Source: Octopus vulgaris
Lineage: Eukaryota
Direction of reading: 5' to 3'
Length of the DNA: 64,000 nucleotides
Assembly (NCBI GenBank): GCA_951406725.2
Contig: CATOCA020000008.1
Location: 1-64,000, forward strand
Part shown: positions 46,640 to 60,444 of the stretch, piece by piece
Position numbering within the stretch: the first letter of the stretch is position 1
Layout of the letters: each line of letters starts with the position of its first letter
Translations under genes and position numbers: made by a program
The notes under the pieces: generated by a model
What the model was told of the DNA's origin: nothing
The model's database searches: none
Seen by the model: only the letters and a program-made list of their open reading frames with translations

Positions 46640-47417
46640 GGTGTGTGTAAAGTGGAGTTGTAAGGTACCGCACGAGTGGAATTATATATGAAAGGTTTGA
46701 AAATGCAATTTTAAAAGATGGTTTATTTACTTGACCGGTTTCATTTTTTTAGAAAAAGATTGTCAAAAGTTACATGTAAAAGCTTGGTTGTGTTAGGTAC
46801 TGGTTGTCACAAAATATTACAATATATATATACATTCTTTGATAATAAGAACATGTTAAGAACAGTTTACAAGGGAAAATCTTGGGAAAATATAAATAAG
46901 TTTAAAAAGTTCATTAAAATATTGGGCACAAAAGCTTGGTTGTGCTAGGTACTGGTTGTCACAAAATATTACAATATACATATACATTCTTTGATAATAA
47001 GAACATGTTAAGAACAGTTTACAAGGGAAAATCTTGGGAAAATATAAAAAATTTTAACAAGTTCAATAAAATATTGGGCACAAAAGATTACAATATATAT
47101 ATACATTCTTAAGAAAATGTTAAAGACAGTTTCCAGAAAGAATTATTAAAAAGTTCAGTGGAATATCTGTATATATACACAGAAGATTATAGGTTCAAAA
47201 AAGTTTACATTTTAGTAGTAGAGTAGTTTTAACTGACCATATTATGGTAAAAGACTATTTTTTATTTCAAGGGACAGTGTAGGTGTGTTTGGGTAGGGGG
47301 AAGGAAGAGTAATGTGGAATTGAAAAGAAGTTTTTTGCTTCTCTTTCAAGTATCAATGATTTGGGGATTGGTCTTTAGAGGTCAGAATGGTGTGAGTGTG
47401 TGTGTCTTTGTGTGTGC

Positions 47418-47451
<34 letters not shown>

Positions 47452-48900
47452 GTGTTTGTGTGTGTGGACCGTTTTTGATTGGTCCCAGGGTTTATTGTGG
47501 TGTAAATAGATGTGTCCGTGTGTGTTTTTAAAATTTGGTAGGATGGTGTGTGTATATGTGTGCCCGTTTGTGTGTGTGCGTGTGAGTGTATGTGTGTGGT
47601 TAATGTTTGTTAGTGTGTTGTGTGTGCGCAAGTATGTGTATGTGTGCATCTGTGGGTGCGTGTGTATTCTTGTGTATTTTGTGTTGGTGGGGATGTTATG
47701 TATGTGTAGGTGAGTGTGCGTGTAATATGAGTGTGTGTGTGTGTATCTCTGTCCTAGTATATTTGTGATTGTTATGATTGTCTTGGTGTTGTGTGTGTGT
47801 GTGTGTGTGTGATTGGTATTTGTTATAGTGTTGTGTGTGCACGCATATGTGTGTGTATGTGTGCGTCTGTATGTATGTTTGTGTATTTTTTGTGTTGATT
47901 TTTGTGTTGGTGGGGATGTTATGTGTATGGGAGTGTGCGTGTGTGTGTGTATGTGCGTGTGTATGTGATCAACCGTGTGTGTGTAAGTATGTGCGTGATT
48001 GGTATTTGTCATGGTGCTGTGTGTGCGCATGTGTGTGTATATGTGCGTCTGTATGGAGGTTAGAATGGTGTGAGTGTGTGTATCTTTGTGTGTATGTATA
48101 TATGTATATATACATGTGTTTGTGTTTGTGTCTGTGGACCGTTTTTGATGGGTCCCAGGGTTTATTGTGGTGTAAATAGATGTGTCTCTGTGTGTTTTAT
48201 ATTTGGTAGGATGGTGTGTGTATATATGTGTGTGATTAATGTTTGTTAGTGTGTTGTGTGTGCGCTAGTGTGTATATGTGTTTGTTCGCATGTACTTGTC
48301 ATGGTGTGTGACTGGTATTTGTCATGGTGCTGTGTGTGCGCATGTGCGTGTATATGTGCGTCTGTATGTGCGCATGTGTATGTTTGGTGTTTTTTGTGTT
48401 GGAAGGGATGTTATGTGTGTGTATGTGTATGTTTGTGTGTTTTTTGTGTTGATGGGGATGTTATGTGTGTGTATATGTGAGTGTATGTGTGTTGTGTCTG
48501 TCTGAGTATGTTTGTGTTTTAAATGTCCTTGTAGTGTGTGTGTGAGCAACCGTATGTGTGTGTGAGGGTGCATATGTATGTGTGTGGGTATGTGTGGATG
48601 TGTATGTGTGTAAGTGTGTTGTATTTATCAGGGGTTCTGTGTGTCCATGTGTGTTGGGTTTATCTGGGTAGCGCGCGCGCGCGCGCGTGTGTGTGTGTGT
48701 ATGCGTTTTGTGTGTGTTAGTATTGAGTATGTGTGTGTGTATATATATTTGGGTATGGTTTATGTAGATCTGTAGTTTCCGGGTGTGTGTGTGCACATGT
48801 ATGTGTTGCATTTGTGAGTGATTTGTTTTGTTTGTATTGTTAGTGCAATGTGTGTGTATACGTGTAGGAGTGTTTGTGTGGGTGTGTATATGTGTCTTAA
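46640..48900 (-). mobile_element. 3' region (AC-rich tail plus pLTR-like unit) of a Penelope-like element
   Basis: 48655..48900 is the reverse complement of 52019..52216. Hammerhead at 46729..46770. Internal ~150-bp tandem duplication at 46778..47085. Confidence 0.72.
46729..46770 (-). ncRNA. Hammerhead ribozyme, U3-A8 core variant
   Basis: ACUU-UUGACAA-UCUUUUUCUAAAAAAAU-GAAAC CG GUC-AAGU. Confidence 0.62.
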
Positions 48901-48996
48901 GACACATAAACATTGTCCGCGATAGCTGAGTTCAGGTGGATCAAGTATTTGGAGGCCATAGGTTTGGCATAGTACGAATGAAGGACTCGGGTTTTA

Positions 48997-49048
<52 letters not shown>

Positions 49049-49100
49049 GTAATAATAATAATAATAATAATAATTAAATAATAAATAATAATAATAAAAA

Positions 49101-49137
<37 letters not shown>

Positions 49138-49338
49138 CATATATATATATATATAAGTAGTTGAATGAATTATCCTAGTATGGATAATTCAGTTAACCGA
49201 TACCCGGGTAGCAAATTCACGTCAGAAAAACACGGTTGAAGCTACATGCCAAGGGCAGAGATCACGTGCTTTCGTGTGGAAATTTGTGTTTTTTTTAGTA
49301 CAAATAAATGAAAGAATGGAGTTCAACTCCATTCTTTC

Positions 49339-49441
<103 letters not shown>

Positions 49442-49442
49442 C

Positions 49443-49604
<162 letters not shown>

Positions 49605-49727
49605 CATATATATATATACATATGTATATATATATATACATATATATGTATATAATAATATTAGGGAGTATATCCAAACTTACAGGGAAAAATTAGATTT
49701 AGGATTAAATCAAATTTCGCAGTATAA

Positions 49728-50248
49728 ATATAAATTAAATTAGAGATAAAACCAGTATTAGGCAACTCAAACAGTTATAGACATAAACCAAAACATAAAA
49801 AACAAAAAAATTAATATAATTAATATAATATACAAAATATATATAAAATATGAAATTTAAAATTTGAATTATTGAAATTTGAAATTTTTAAACTTATATT
49901 TATAAATTTTTATATTTAAAATTTTTAAACTTTTAACTAACCAAAAAGTATTAAAAAGTTTAATATAGTATATTACTTATTATATTATATTAAACTTTTT
50001 AATACTTTTTGGTTAGTTAAAAGTTTAAAAATTTATAAATTTAAAATTTAAAATATAAAAATATAAAAATTTATAAATATAAATTTAAAAATTTCAAATT
50101 TCACTAATTTAAATATTAAATTTCATATTTTATATATATATTGTATATTATATTAATTATATTAATTTTTTTGTTTTTTATGTTTTGGTTTATGTCTATC
50201 ACTGTTTGAGTTGCCTAATAGTGGTTTTATCTCTAATTGAATTTATAT
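49728..50248. repeat. ~520-bp AT-rich imperfect palindrome centred near 49975
   Basis: TAGAGATAAAACCA.TATTAGGCAACTCAAACAGT..AACTAACCAAAAAGTATTAAAAAG is mirrored on the right arm. Confidence 0.93.
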
Positions 50249-50294
50249 ATGTATATATGTATGTATATATATATATATTTGGGTTTGGGTTTAC

Positions 50295-50329
<35 letters not shown>

Positions 50330-50336
<7 letters not shown>

Positions 50337-52216
50337 GTAAACCCAAACCCAACACCAGTAAAAGGGAATGGGAAATCATCCATACGTTACGAGACAATCA
50401 TGACGTCATAATAAAGGAAGCAGATAAGGGTAGTACTGTCGTTATTATGACTACTGAACAATATAAAAACTCTGTATCTCACCTTTTACAAGATACTACC
50501 TTCTATGAGAGAGTAGTCAACTACCAACAATCAAAAACAATGACCAAATTGAAGGCACTCATTTACCAACATCGGAATGACTTAACAGCAAAGGAATGCG
50601 ACTACATAACAAACTTTAATTGCAAAACCAGCACGCTCTATGGGCTTCCAAAAATTACAAAAATCACCTCCAATCATCCAAAGCACACAAAAACAAATAC
50701 CCCCTTCAACCTAGCGAGAAGAATTTGCACAATTGTCTCAAATTATAGAACACGAAACAAAAGACTCTGAGAACTAAAGGCAATTCTTCTCGAAAGACTT
50801 TTGTACATGCTAGTTGACAATTTGTACATCACTAGTTGACAATGGAATAGAACGGGCCAAATCAACTACCATCCAAGACTTACGAAAACCAAAACACACC
50901 CACAGTACGGTAAATAGCCTCCCCTACCTCTCAACACACAATCCAAGAAATGCAGAAGCTTACACAATTATATACAACATTCCACAGCTGAATCAAGACT
51001 CACGTCTAAAAAAATTACTGGCAACCCATAAAATAATAAAAAGCAAAAGACAACCCAAATCCCTAAAAAACCTACTCACCAAATTACCCAAACACAAACC
51101 CACCGCTTACCGTCAAAAAATGTGGTCGTTCCAACTGCAGGACTTGCATCCACCTCATTGAAGGATCAGTGTACAAATGCCAGTCGGGACATACTTTTGT
51201 TATAAAAAATAATTTCACCTGCGCATCAAAGAATTTACTCTATGTCATAAAGTGTGAAGGGTGCCCCGAAGACTACATAGGGCAAACGAGTGTTACCCTC
51301 AGAGAAAGGATGACAGTTCACCGTCAACAACTGAGGGATCCCACCACAAGACAGATACCACTTAGTGGGTATTTAGACCTCTGTGCGCACAATAAGTCCC
51401 CCAAATTCTTAGTTTTCCCACTATACCAATGCCCGGACAACACCACAGACCAAACACGAATAAATAGGGAAAATAGGTACACATCCAAACCAAACACACA
51501 CAGAAACACATACAGATATACAAAATCACACACACAAAAACAATGCCAACCTCCAACGCAAACACACATGCACAAACACAATATCCTCACACTAGAGCAC
51601 AAACCCACACACATCCCAAGAAAAAACCCATACATATATACACTTGCAATATGATTTTAGCAACCATAACCAACACTTTCACACACATATACAAATATGT
51701 GTATACGGACATGCACATACCTACACACACCACCCCGAAATTACAAATCACATTCACACAAACACACCCAGATACATACACAGATACACAAACACGCAAC
51801 TACAACACAACTCACACAAACACACACGCATTTATGCACACCTGTACACACACACACAATACGCCCGTACCCCAGTAATAAAATCACACACACACACATT
51901 AAAAAAAAAGACGCATACACTCACATTACAATCACAACAACCACAACAAACATTCACAAACATACGTACACACAAGCATGCACACACACACAATGACACA
52001 CACCTCCCCGACAAATACAAGACACATAGACACACCCACACAAACATTCCTACACGTATACACACACATTGCACTAACAATACAAACAAAACAAATCACT
52101 CACAAATGCAACACATACATGTGCACACACACACACACACACCCGGAAACTACAGAACTACATAACACACACAAAACGCATATACGCACACATACACACC
52201 ACCCAGATAAACCCAG
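50330..52216 (+). mobile_element. Penelope-like element remnant: RT N-terminus, thumb, GIY-YIG endonuclease, AC-rich tail
   Basis: IIKEADKGSTVVIM, LYGLPKI, SNHPKH..PFNLARRI, KRQPKSLKNLL, KKCGRSNCRTC, FTCASKNLLYVIKC..YIGQT..LRERM..H. Confidence 0.92.
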
Positions 52217-52224
52217 ATTTGGCA

Positions 52225-53640
52225 GTTAGTAGTCAATGAAAGTCCACGAAAAATGTCGCAATTGCCGTAGACATTGAAGCGTTTTGTGCTTTGTTAATTG
52301 TGATGGCGAAGCTGAGATTGAGAGGAAACTGAAGTCTCTGCATAGGGTAGGAGCAGTCTGTTGGGGTTAGTGGAATTTTCGGAATGAAAACGGTCTCGTT
52401 TTTGCCGTGTCCTGTGATAATTTGGGCCTCAATGACGTGGTCCATCATTTGTTTGACCACATGGCGAGTTCCATTGCACAGTGTGGGTGCGTTTAGATTG
52501 CGTAGGAGGATGTCACGGTAACCGACTTTTAAGTAAAGTTCACGGGGAGGGAGTCCTGGGGGATCGTGGGAGTTGAGAAAGTGTGTAACCTGATCGAGGT
52601 TGGTAACGATGTCAACTGATCTGTAACAACGTTCTTGAGAAGGACGCTGACAGCGTTGACAGCTGAATTTGTTGGTGCAAGAACAGCCCTGCCGTGAAGC
52701 CAATTTGGTTTTATGTATTCCGTCGTAAGATTTGGGTAAACGGTAGAAAATAAGTCATCAAGGTTGGAGACAGTGTGGCCAATGGTGGTAGTGTCAATGT
52801 GTCCGTCGTCGTCGGACGAAATCTAATGCCGATTTTAAGGAGCATTTCCGAAAACTGGGTTGTAGGCTGAACAGTCTGTAGGAGTGATCTCATGTTGATG
52901 GTGAGTTGTTTTGATTGGACATGCGACCAAAGGAGGGATTTTTTAAGGCAGGCGTAAAGGTCATCAGTGGGTGTTCCTTTGGGTATAATAGGCATAGTTT
53001 GTTGAAAATCTCCTGCAAGAAGTAGAGTCACACCTCCAAAGATGTTCGATCTAAGGTCTCTCGTTGTAGTATCAAGGGCTTGTAGGAAACATTTATGGGA
53101 CATAATTGCTTTATATCCCAAACAATGAGTTTACACTTTTTGCAAAATTGTCGCTTCGTCCGAGGAATGCACTATGTAACACGTTTAGTTTTCTTGATGT
53201 GCTACATTGAAAAGTCATTTGAAAGTAGAGTGTGCTGTTCGTCCGCCGTCGTGAAGAGTCGAGGCTATTCCTGAGAGGGTAACAGCAATGGCGCAACGTC
53301 GCAAAAAGGATGTTTTTCTAGTTCCATCGGGTGCGTCTAAGAAAATGATTCCGCCAGTGTGTGTGTAGATGTTTCCGAGGATAAAATTGTATACGTCAGC
53401 ATGATCGGAATTCTGAAGGGGCTTGTTGTCAGCAATGTACTGCTTAAGTTTGTAGGTGTTATAGGATGTTTCTCTGAGAATGAGGCGATTGGGACAGGCG
53501 TCTTCATTTCTGTCTGAGCGAGAGAGACAGAACAAAGGAAAATGTCCACTTATTTGAAAACTATGGAAATATAAAAAAAAACATTTCATTTAATTTTTCC
53601 ACCATTTAATTGTTTTTCATGCTTTACTCTAAGTTGAAAA
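52225..53640 (-). mobile_element. Helitron PIF1-helicase remnant
   Basis: FLDAPDGTRKT (degenerate Walker A), GGRTAHSTFK, FGGVTLLLAGDFQQ, LLRNL..LCNGTR, RLQFPL..AITINKAQ. Confidence 0.9.
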
Positions 53641-54196
53641 AGTCGTAAAGTCTGAAACCGGCACTAAAATGTTCTTCATGAAAAAATTATTTTAGCATTT
53701 TCTGTGTTGTCCTATTTTCTTTATACATATCAACGCGTGTGTTACTTTTCAACCTTCTACACACACAAACATACACACACACACGCACACACGTACACAC
53801 ACACACACACGCACATATACATATATATATTTATTTATGCACATATGTGCATATATATAAATATATGCATATATAAATATATGCATACATACATACATTC
53901 ACACATACATACATAATAAATACATACATGCATACATACATAGAAAGATAGATACATACATTCACACATACATACATACATAATACATACATACATACAT
54001 ACAGACAGACATACGTACATGCATACATACATAGATGCATACATACATATATAATACATACATGCATAGATAGATAGATAGATAGATACATACATACATA
54101 CATACACTCATACATACATACATACATACATACATAGATACATACATACATACATACATGCTTGCATACATGCATTCATACATATATAGATAGAAT

Positions 54197-54230
<34 letters not shown>

Positions 54231-54589
54231 AACATACATACATACATACATACATACATGCTTTTTCAGTTTCCGCCTACCAAATCTACTAAAGCTTTTG
54301 TCGGCCCTTCCATATAAGTAAAAGCCTACGCACCCCACCCCAACACGCACGCACGCACGCACATACATACACACACACACACATACACGCATGCACACAC
54401 GCACGCACACACACATGCACACGCACATACAGAGTTCAAATTTTTACGATGGCTATTTGCAATTTACAAAAAGGCACAAGTAGAATTGTCGCTAAAGTGA
54501 TTAAGGATATTAGTCAGCACCAGGATTGCTAGAAATAAGAGTCGAAAGAACTCTCAGCCAGTCTTTAGTCTATCTTGACTGCGCTATTC

Positions 54590-54920
54590 TTTTCCATCTT
54601 GACCAAAATTGTTTGACTAATTCGTCTTTTTAACGTCGTGGAGGCGTTCCAAGTGGTCTTTTCTGATCGCTTGGATACCATTCGCTAACTGCACGGATCC
54701 ACATGTTGCCTGTGAACATTGCAACATGCCCGACCAAGCAGAACTTGTGTTTTCGGTAGTCTGCGATCTCATCGTTCAGCCCGTTCTGCTCTCGAATGAT
54801 CTCATTTCGAATGAGCTTTCTTAATGATATTTCTGAGCATGGAGCTTTCCATGATCTTTGCATCGTGGCCGGTCGACCTTCTATCAACTTCGTAGTAACC
54901 CACGTCTCACATGCTTATGG
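54590..54920 (-). mobile_element. RTE-like LINE C-terminal fragment
   Basis: IRNEIIREQ..GHVA..WIRAVSEWYP..KRPLGTPPRR. Confidence 0.7.
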
Positions 54921-55119
54921 TATTGTCTAGCTTTGTTTTTATCACATTATTCTTATATATACACTAACAGACAGATGTGAAGGAGACCTGGAATAGAGAG
55001 GATACATCATTAAGGGAAATCTCATTCGAAATAGGCTGCAGAAAAACCCTACTGGCTCCTTGGAGTGCTGTTGAGGGGAATCTCATTCGAATTGGGACAC
55101 AGAAAAACCATATCGAATC

Positions 55120-55335
55120 ATTCAGTTGATATAATCAGAATAATGTCGGACACGAAAGAAATTTTGAGGAATACGCGGTGGTGGAAGAATCAATATTAAC
55201 CCGAACAAATGAGTGGACTCGAATCTCAGCTGTCGGACAGTATCGTTGGCCATTAGTCTGACGGACAGATTAAGATTTTGGGAGTCAGGTTTTGTCCTGA
55301 TTTTCAGATGGAGAGTCACTGGGATAGAAGCTTGT
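55120..55335 (+). mobile_element. Tx1/L1-like RT fragment, highly degraded
   Basis: INPNK..DGQIKILGVRFCPDFQMESHW resembles the post-YADD region of Tx1/L1 RTs. Confidence 0.45.
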
Positions 55336-55905
55336 CTTAAAACCAACAGTATTTCAAAATCACTAGAAATACAAGAATATTTTACCTTTGTATCTTTCAC
55401 AAAAGTTTATCCTTCCCAGGTTGATTGTAACCCCCACTTGCTCTGTTTACGTCCGACCGAGTTCCCAAGCCATAGTCAACACTTCTATGTGTCACGCGGG
55501 ACCTTGAAATATAACATCGCCTGGGAACAGTGCCCTTCCTTACAAATATTCAACCAGCGCCGCCACTCGGACGTGTTCTGTTGTAAAGAGGAGTTCAATC
55601 CATTGTGTTCGTTAGCGGAAGTTAACTTTAAACGAGACGGTATTGTACAAAAAATACACACGGATACAATTAAAAATATGAAGAATGGAGAAAATTGCAA
55701 TTTACTCGCTTTCATTTATTGAACGCTCGCATTTCCCTGTTTAAACAATGACGAGCAGAAATATATTTGCGTGCACACGCGCGCGCATACATAAATCCAT
55801 GCATGTGCGTGCTTGCATGTTTGTGTGTGAGTATGTGCGTGCCGCTGTTTATAGTTTGTGAGATCTAAATTTGATATTTTTTATACGAATTTATGCATGT
55901 GTGTG

Positions 55906-55956
<51 letters not shown>

Positions 55957-56084
55957 GCGTGTGTATGTGTATGTATGCATGTATGTATGTATGTATGTAT
56001 GTATGTATGTATGTATGTATGTATGTATGCATGTATATATGTGTGTGTTTGTGCGTGTGTGTGTATGTATGTATATACACATAA

Positions 56085-56421
56085 AAAGGCAAAAATCCCA
56101 TTCGGCCATGAATGCCAATGGGATTGCACCTAGGAAGTTCCCCTCCACAGCACAAGTCCGGCCAAGGTTGTTTTTATGGAAGACCAGCATTCGTCCATGC
56201 ATATTAGCTTCACCTTTCCACGTCCCCGACGTTATCGAAGGGACAAGGCAAAGGGGCCGATACAGCTTGGCACCAGTGATGTTGCAACTCATTTCTACAG
56301 CTGAGCGAACTGGAGCAATGTGAAATAAAGTGTTTTGCTCAAGAATATAAAACACAGCCTGGACCGCGAATCGAACTCATTACCTCATGTGTGTGACCCC
56401 GACGCTCTAATCACTGAGCCA

Positions 56422-56422
<1 letters not shown>
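56085..56422 (-). mobile_element. tRNA-derived SINE (second copy at 59925..60265)
   Basis: TGGCTCAGTGATTAGAGCG A box and GAGTTCGATTC B box. Confidence 0.8.
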
Positions 56423-56488
<66 letters not shown>

Positions 56489-56574
56489 TTGTCTGTCTTC
56501 TGTCTATCTGTTTGTCTCTCTATATGTACATACATACATACATACATACATACATACATACATACATACATACA

Positions 56575-56608
<34 letters not shown>

Positions 56609-57744
56609 ATATAACTTAAAATAGTCGATCCTTAGTCAAGCAATCTAATTAACTGCAGACAGGAATTAGCGACACGCTGCAAGCATTTCCATAATAAATT
56701 CTTCAGTAGGTTCCCTCGATAACTTTAAAACTATAGTGAGAGTCATTGGTCAAGATGTGTATGATCCCTAAGAGATAAATAAAGAGATAAATTATTTGAT
56801 ATAATTTGTTATGTGTACGTATTTATGTGTGTATAAGCGCGGGTGCTGAAATGTTTGCTGGCTTTAAAAGTGTCGCAAAAGGCCTGACTTGAGGCTCAAC
56901 CTCCAAAGTTCTTTTACAAGCCTTAGAAAAAAATCACACACACACACACACATTATTTAAAAATGTATTTCATTTATTTTATCATTTTTTAAAAATCAAA
57001 TTTCGAAACAATATCTGGATAGTATTGGACCTGGATACAATGCAAATGTCTTCGTGAATGAAGACCCAATTACAAACATTAATTTATCTTGACTGTCCGT
57101 TCTTCAATTTCGGTCATCCCCTAGCCCCTTTTCTTCTCCTTCCTCTTTTCCTTTCTTGCCTTCCCTCCTTTTCCTTCTTTTTCGAGTCATCATATCGTTT
57201 GCCCTTTCCTCTTTATCTCGCTTGCACTTACGTCATTCTTATTGCCTCTCTTCACCCATCGTCCCATGCTTCTACCATTCCTTCAGTGATCTACTTTCTT
57301 ATTACCAGAAAAGACTCTGACGAAAGTAACAGTCATTCTCGAGGTGGCTCCATTTTTCTCAACCGATCAATGAGCCGATTGAGCAAACCTAACAATAATG
57401 AACCTATAACGACCACTGGAAACAACTGCATGTCACATATATTACAATAAAGAAAAATACGTTATGATCATTTTTTAATGTCTTGTCTTATACAAATAGT
57501 AAGATGAGGATTCAGGTAGAATCAAGTATTTGAAAAGGTATGGGTAATCTTTGTGGTTCCGGCCTATGGTTGGTGATGATCGAAATATTGGATAGGATAT
57601 TTCGGTTGTGTACACAGAGAAACCAACTCTATGAAAATTTAGCGCCTAAGGGGCTGGTCCAAATTACGCGTTACTTTAGTACGACGTTGGTATACTGTAG
57701 GGTGTCCGACAAGTCGTTAATTCCCTTGGTGTATTATTATCAAA

Positions 57745-58558
57745 TCTTTTTCTACTCTAGGCACGAGGCCCGAAACTTTGGGTGAGGGGGCCAGTCGATC
57801 AGCTCGACCCCAGTACTCAACTGGCACTTAATTTATCGACCCCCCAAAGAATGTAAGGCAAAGCTGACCTCGGCGGAATTTGAACTCACTACGTAAACAC
57901 AGACGAAATACCTATTTCGTTACTACCCACAAGGCGATAAACACAGAGGGGACAAACAAGGATAGACAAACGGATTAAGTCGATTATATCGACCCCAGTG
58001 CGTAACTGGTACTTATTTAATCGACCCCGAAAGTATGAAAGGCAAAGTCGACCGCGGCGGAATTTGAGCTCAGAACGTAAACACAGACGAAATACCTATT
58101 TCGTTACTACCCACAAGGGGCTAAACACAGGGGACAAACAAAGGCAGACAAACGGATTAAGTCGATTATATCGACCCCAGTGCATAATTGGTACTTATTT
58201 AATCGACCCCGAAAGGATGAAAGGCAAAGTCGACCTCAGCGGAATTTGAACTCAGAACGTAGCGGCATACGAAATACCTATTTCTATTTCTTTACTACCC
58301 ACAAGGGGCTAAACACAGAGAGGACAAACAATGACAGACAAACGGATTAAGTCGATTACATCGACCCCAGTGTGTAACTGGTACTTAATTTATCGACCGC
58401 GAAAGGATGAAAGGCAAAGTCGATCTCGTCGGAATTTGAACTCAGAACGTAACGGCAGACGAAATACAGCTACGCATTTCGCCCGGTATGCTAACATTTC
58501 TGCCAGCTTGCCGCTAAGCATTTCACCCGGCGTGCTGACGTTTCTGCCAGCTCGCCGC
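57745..58558 (-). mobile_element. SINE with tandemly amplified ~184-bp internal unit (second copy at 61581..62395)
   Basis: Head GGCGGCGAGCTGGCAGAAACG; GGAATTTGAACTCA..ACGAAATAC repeated 4 times. Confidence 0.85.
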
Positions 58559-58600
58559 CCTGTATTATAATCAAATGAATAATAAACATACGATGCATAA

Positions 58601-59181
58601 CACTGGTCAACAGCCAAAATGCTTCTTACATATGAATATGTGCTTCTTACTAATTTTCTAGCGCTGAATCCAGTTTTGACACTAATTTTTTGCTATCGGA
58701 CCAGGATTTCTGTATATTGGATGGGACATATGTTCTGCGTACGGTCATTTCTATCCCTTTTTTAAAATATGGTGAGCTATGTATATATACTAACCTAATG
58801 ATTTATTTTGTTTTATTGGTTTTAACAATACTTCATATATTGAGAAAAATGGAAAAAGTCCTAAAACGTTTTCCTGATTTTGCATCTACGCTTGTTCTGC
58901 TGGTGGTCCTCACATTGCAATGTCCAGCAGTAGTCTCCCAACATACGCAGAGTGAACTAACCCTGATACCTGTTCTCCATTATCACAACGTCTTGGTGAA
59001 ACTTTTCTCCGTGTCCATTACTGATGTCTCCTAGGTTATCTGGGAAGAAATCTTGCTGGCCAATCCTTTTTCAAGTAGTACTCCGCATCTGCTCTACTAT
59101 TTCACAAACACAGAAAGCACATATGCTTTGTGTAACCAGTCAGAAGACCTAAAATAAGACTAATCAATTTGAAATCCCCAT
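58601..59181 (-). mobile_element. Chapaev3-like (CMC) DNA transposon remnant (second copy at 62437..63017)
   Basis: YGDFKLISLILGLLTGYTKHMCFLC..SRA..KKDWPAR joined to DFFPDNLGDISNGHGEKFHQD..MENRYQG..MLGDYCWTL; terminus CACTGGTCAACA preceded by TAA. Confidence 0.72.
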
Positions 59182-59738
59182 AGTATTTCAAAATCACTAG
59201 AAATACAAGAATATTTTACCTTTGTATCTTTCACAAAAGTTTATCCTTCCCAGGTTGATTGTAACCCCCACTTGCTCTGTTTACGTCCGACCGAGTTCCC
59301 AAGCCATAGTCAACACTTCTGTGTCACGCGGGACCTTGAAATATAACATCGCCTGGGAACAGTGCCCTTTCCTTACAAATATTCAACCAGCGCCGCCACT
59401 CGGACGTGTTCTGTTGTAAAGAGGAGTTCAATCCATTGTGTTCGTTAGCGGAAGTTAACTTTAAACGAGACGGTATTGTACAAAAAATACACACGGATAC
59501 AATTAAAAATATGAAGAATGGAGAAAATTGCAATTTACTCGCTTTCATTTATTGAACGCTCGCATTTCCCTGTTTAAACAATGACGAGCAGAAATATATT
59601 TGCGTGCACACGCGCGCGCATACATAAATCCATGCATGTGCGTGCTTGCATGTTTGTGTGTGAGTATGTGCGTGCCGCTGTTTATAGTTTGTGAGATCTA
59701 AATTTGATATTTTTTATACGAATTTATGCATGTGTGTG

Positions 59739-59791
<53 letters not shown>

Positions 59792-60265
59792 GCGTGTGTA
59801 TGTGTATGTATGCATGTATGTATGTATGTATGTATGTATGTATGTATGTATGTATGTATGTATGTATGTATGCATGTATATATGTGTGTGTGTGTGCGTG
59901 TGTGTGTATGTATGTATATACACATAAAAAAGGCAAAAATCCCATTCGGCCATGAATGCCAATGGGATTGCACCTAGGAAGTTCCCCTCCACAGCACAAG
60001 TCCGGCCAAGGTTGTTTTTATGGAAGACCAGCATTCGTCCATGCATATTAGCTTCACCTTTCCACGTCCCCGACGTTATCGAAGGGACAAGGCAAAGGGG
60101 CCGATACAGCTTGGCACCAGTGATGTTGCAACTCATTTCTACAGCTGAGCGAACTGGAGCAATGTGAAATAAAGTGTTTTGCTCAAGAATATAAAACACA
60201 GCCTGGACCGCGAATCGAACTCATTACCTCATGTGTGTGACCCCGACGCTCTAATCACTGAGCCA

Positions 60266-60340
<75 letters not shown>

Positions 60341-60410
60341 TTGTCTGTCTTCTGTCTATCTGTTTGTCTCTCTATATGTACATACATACATACATACATA
60401 CATACATACA

Positions 60411-60444
<34 letters not shown>

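Noticed and set aside
52233-53589. Host PIF1 gene
   Set aside because: Intronless, frameshifted, degenerate Walker A; better explained as a Helitron remnant
55400-55535. Resemblance to SRP or RNase MRP RNA
   Set aside because: Lacks the SRP Alu/helix-8 architecture and the MRP GARAGUCCCC/P2-P3 arrangement
57058-59034. Hydrophobic ORFs in the duplicated unit
   Set aside because: Derived from CT-rich low-complexity sequence or antisense to the Chapaev3-like fragment; identity between copies only reflects recent duplication
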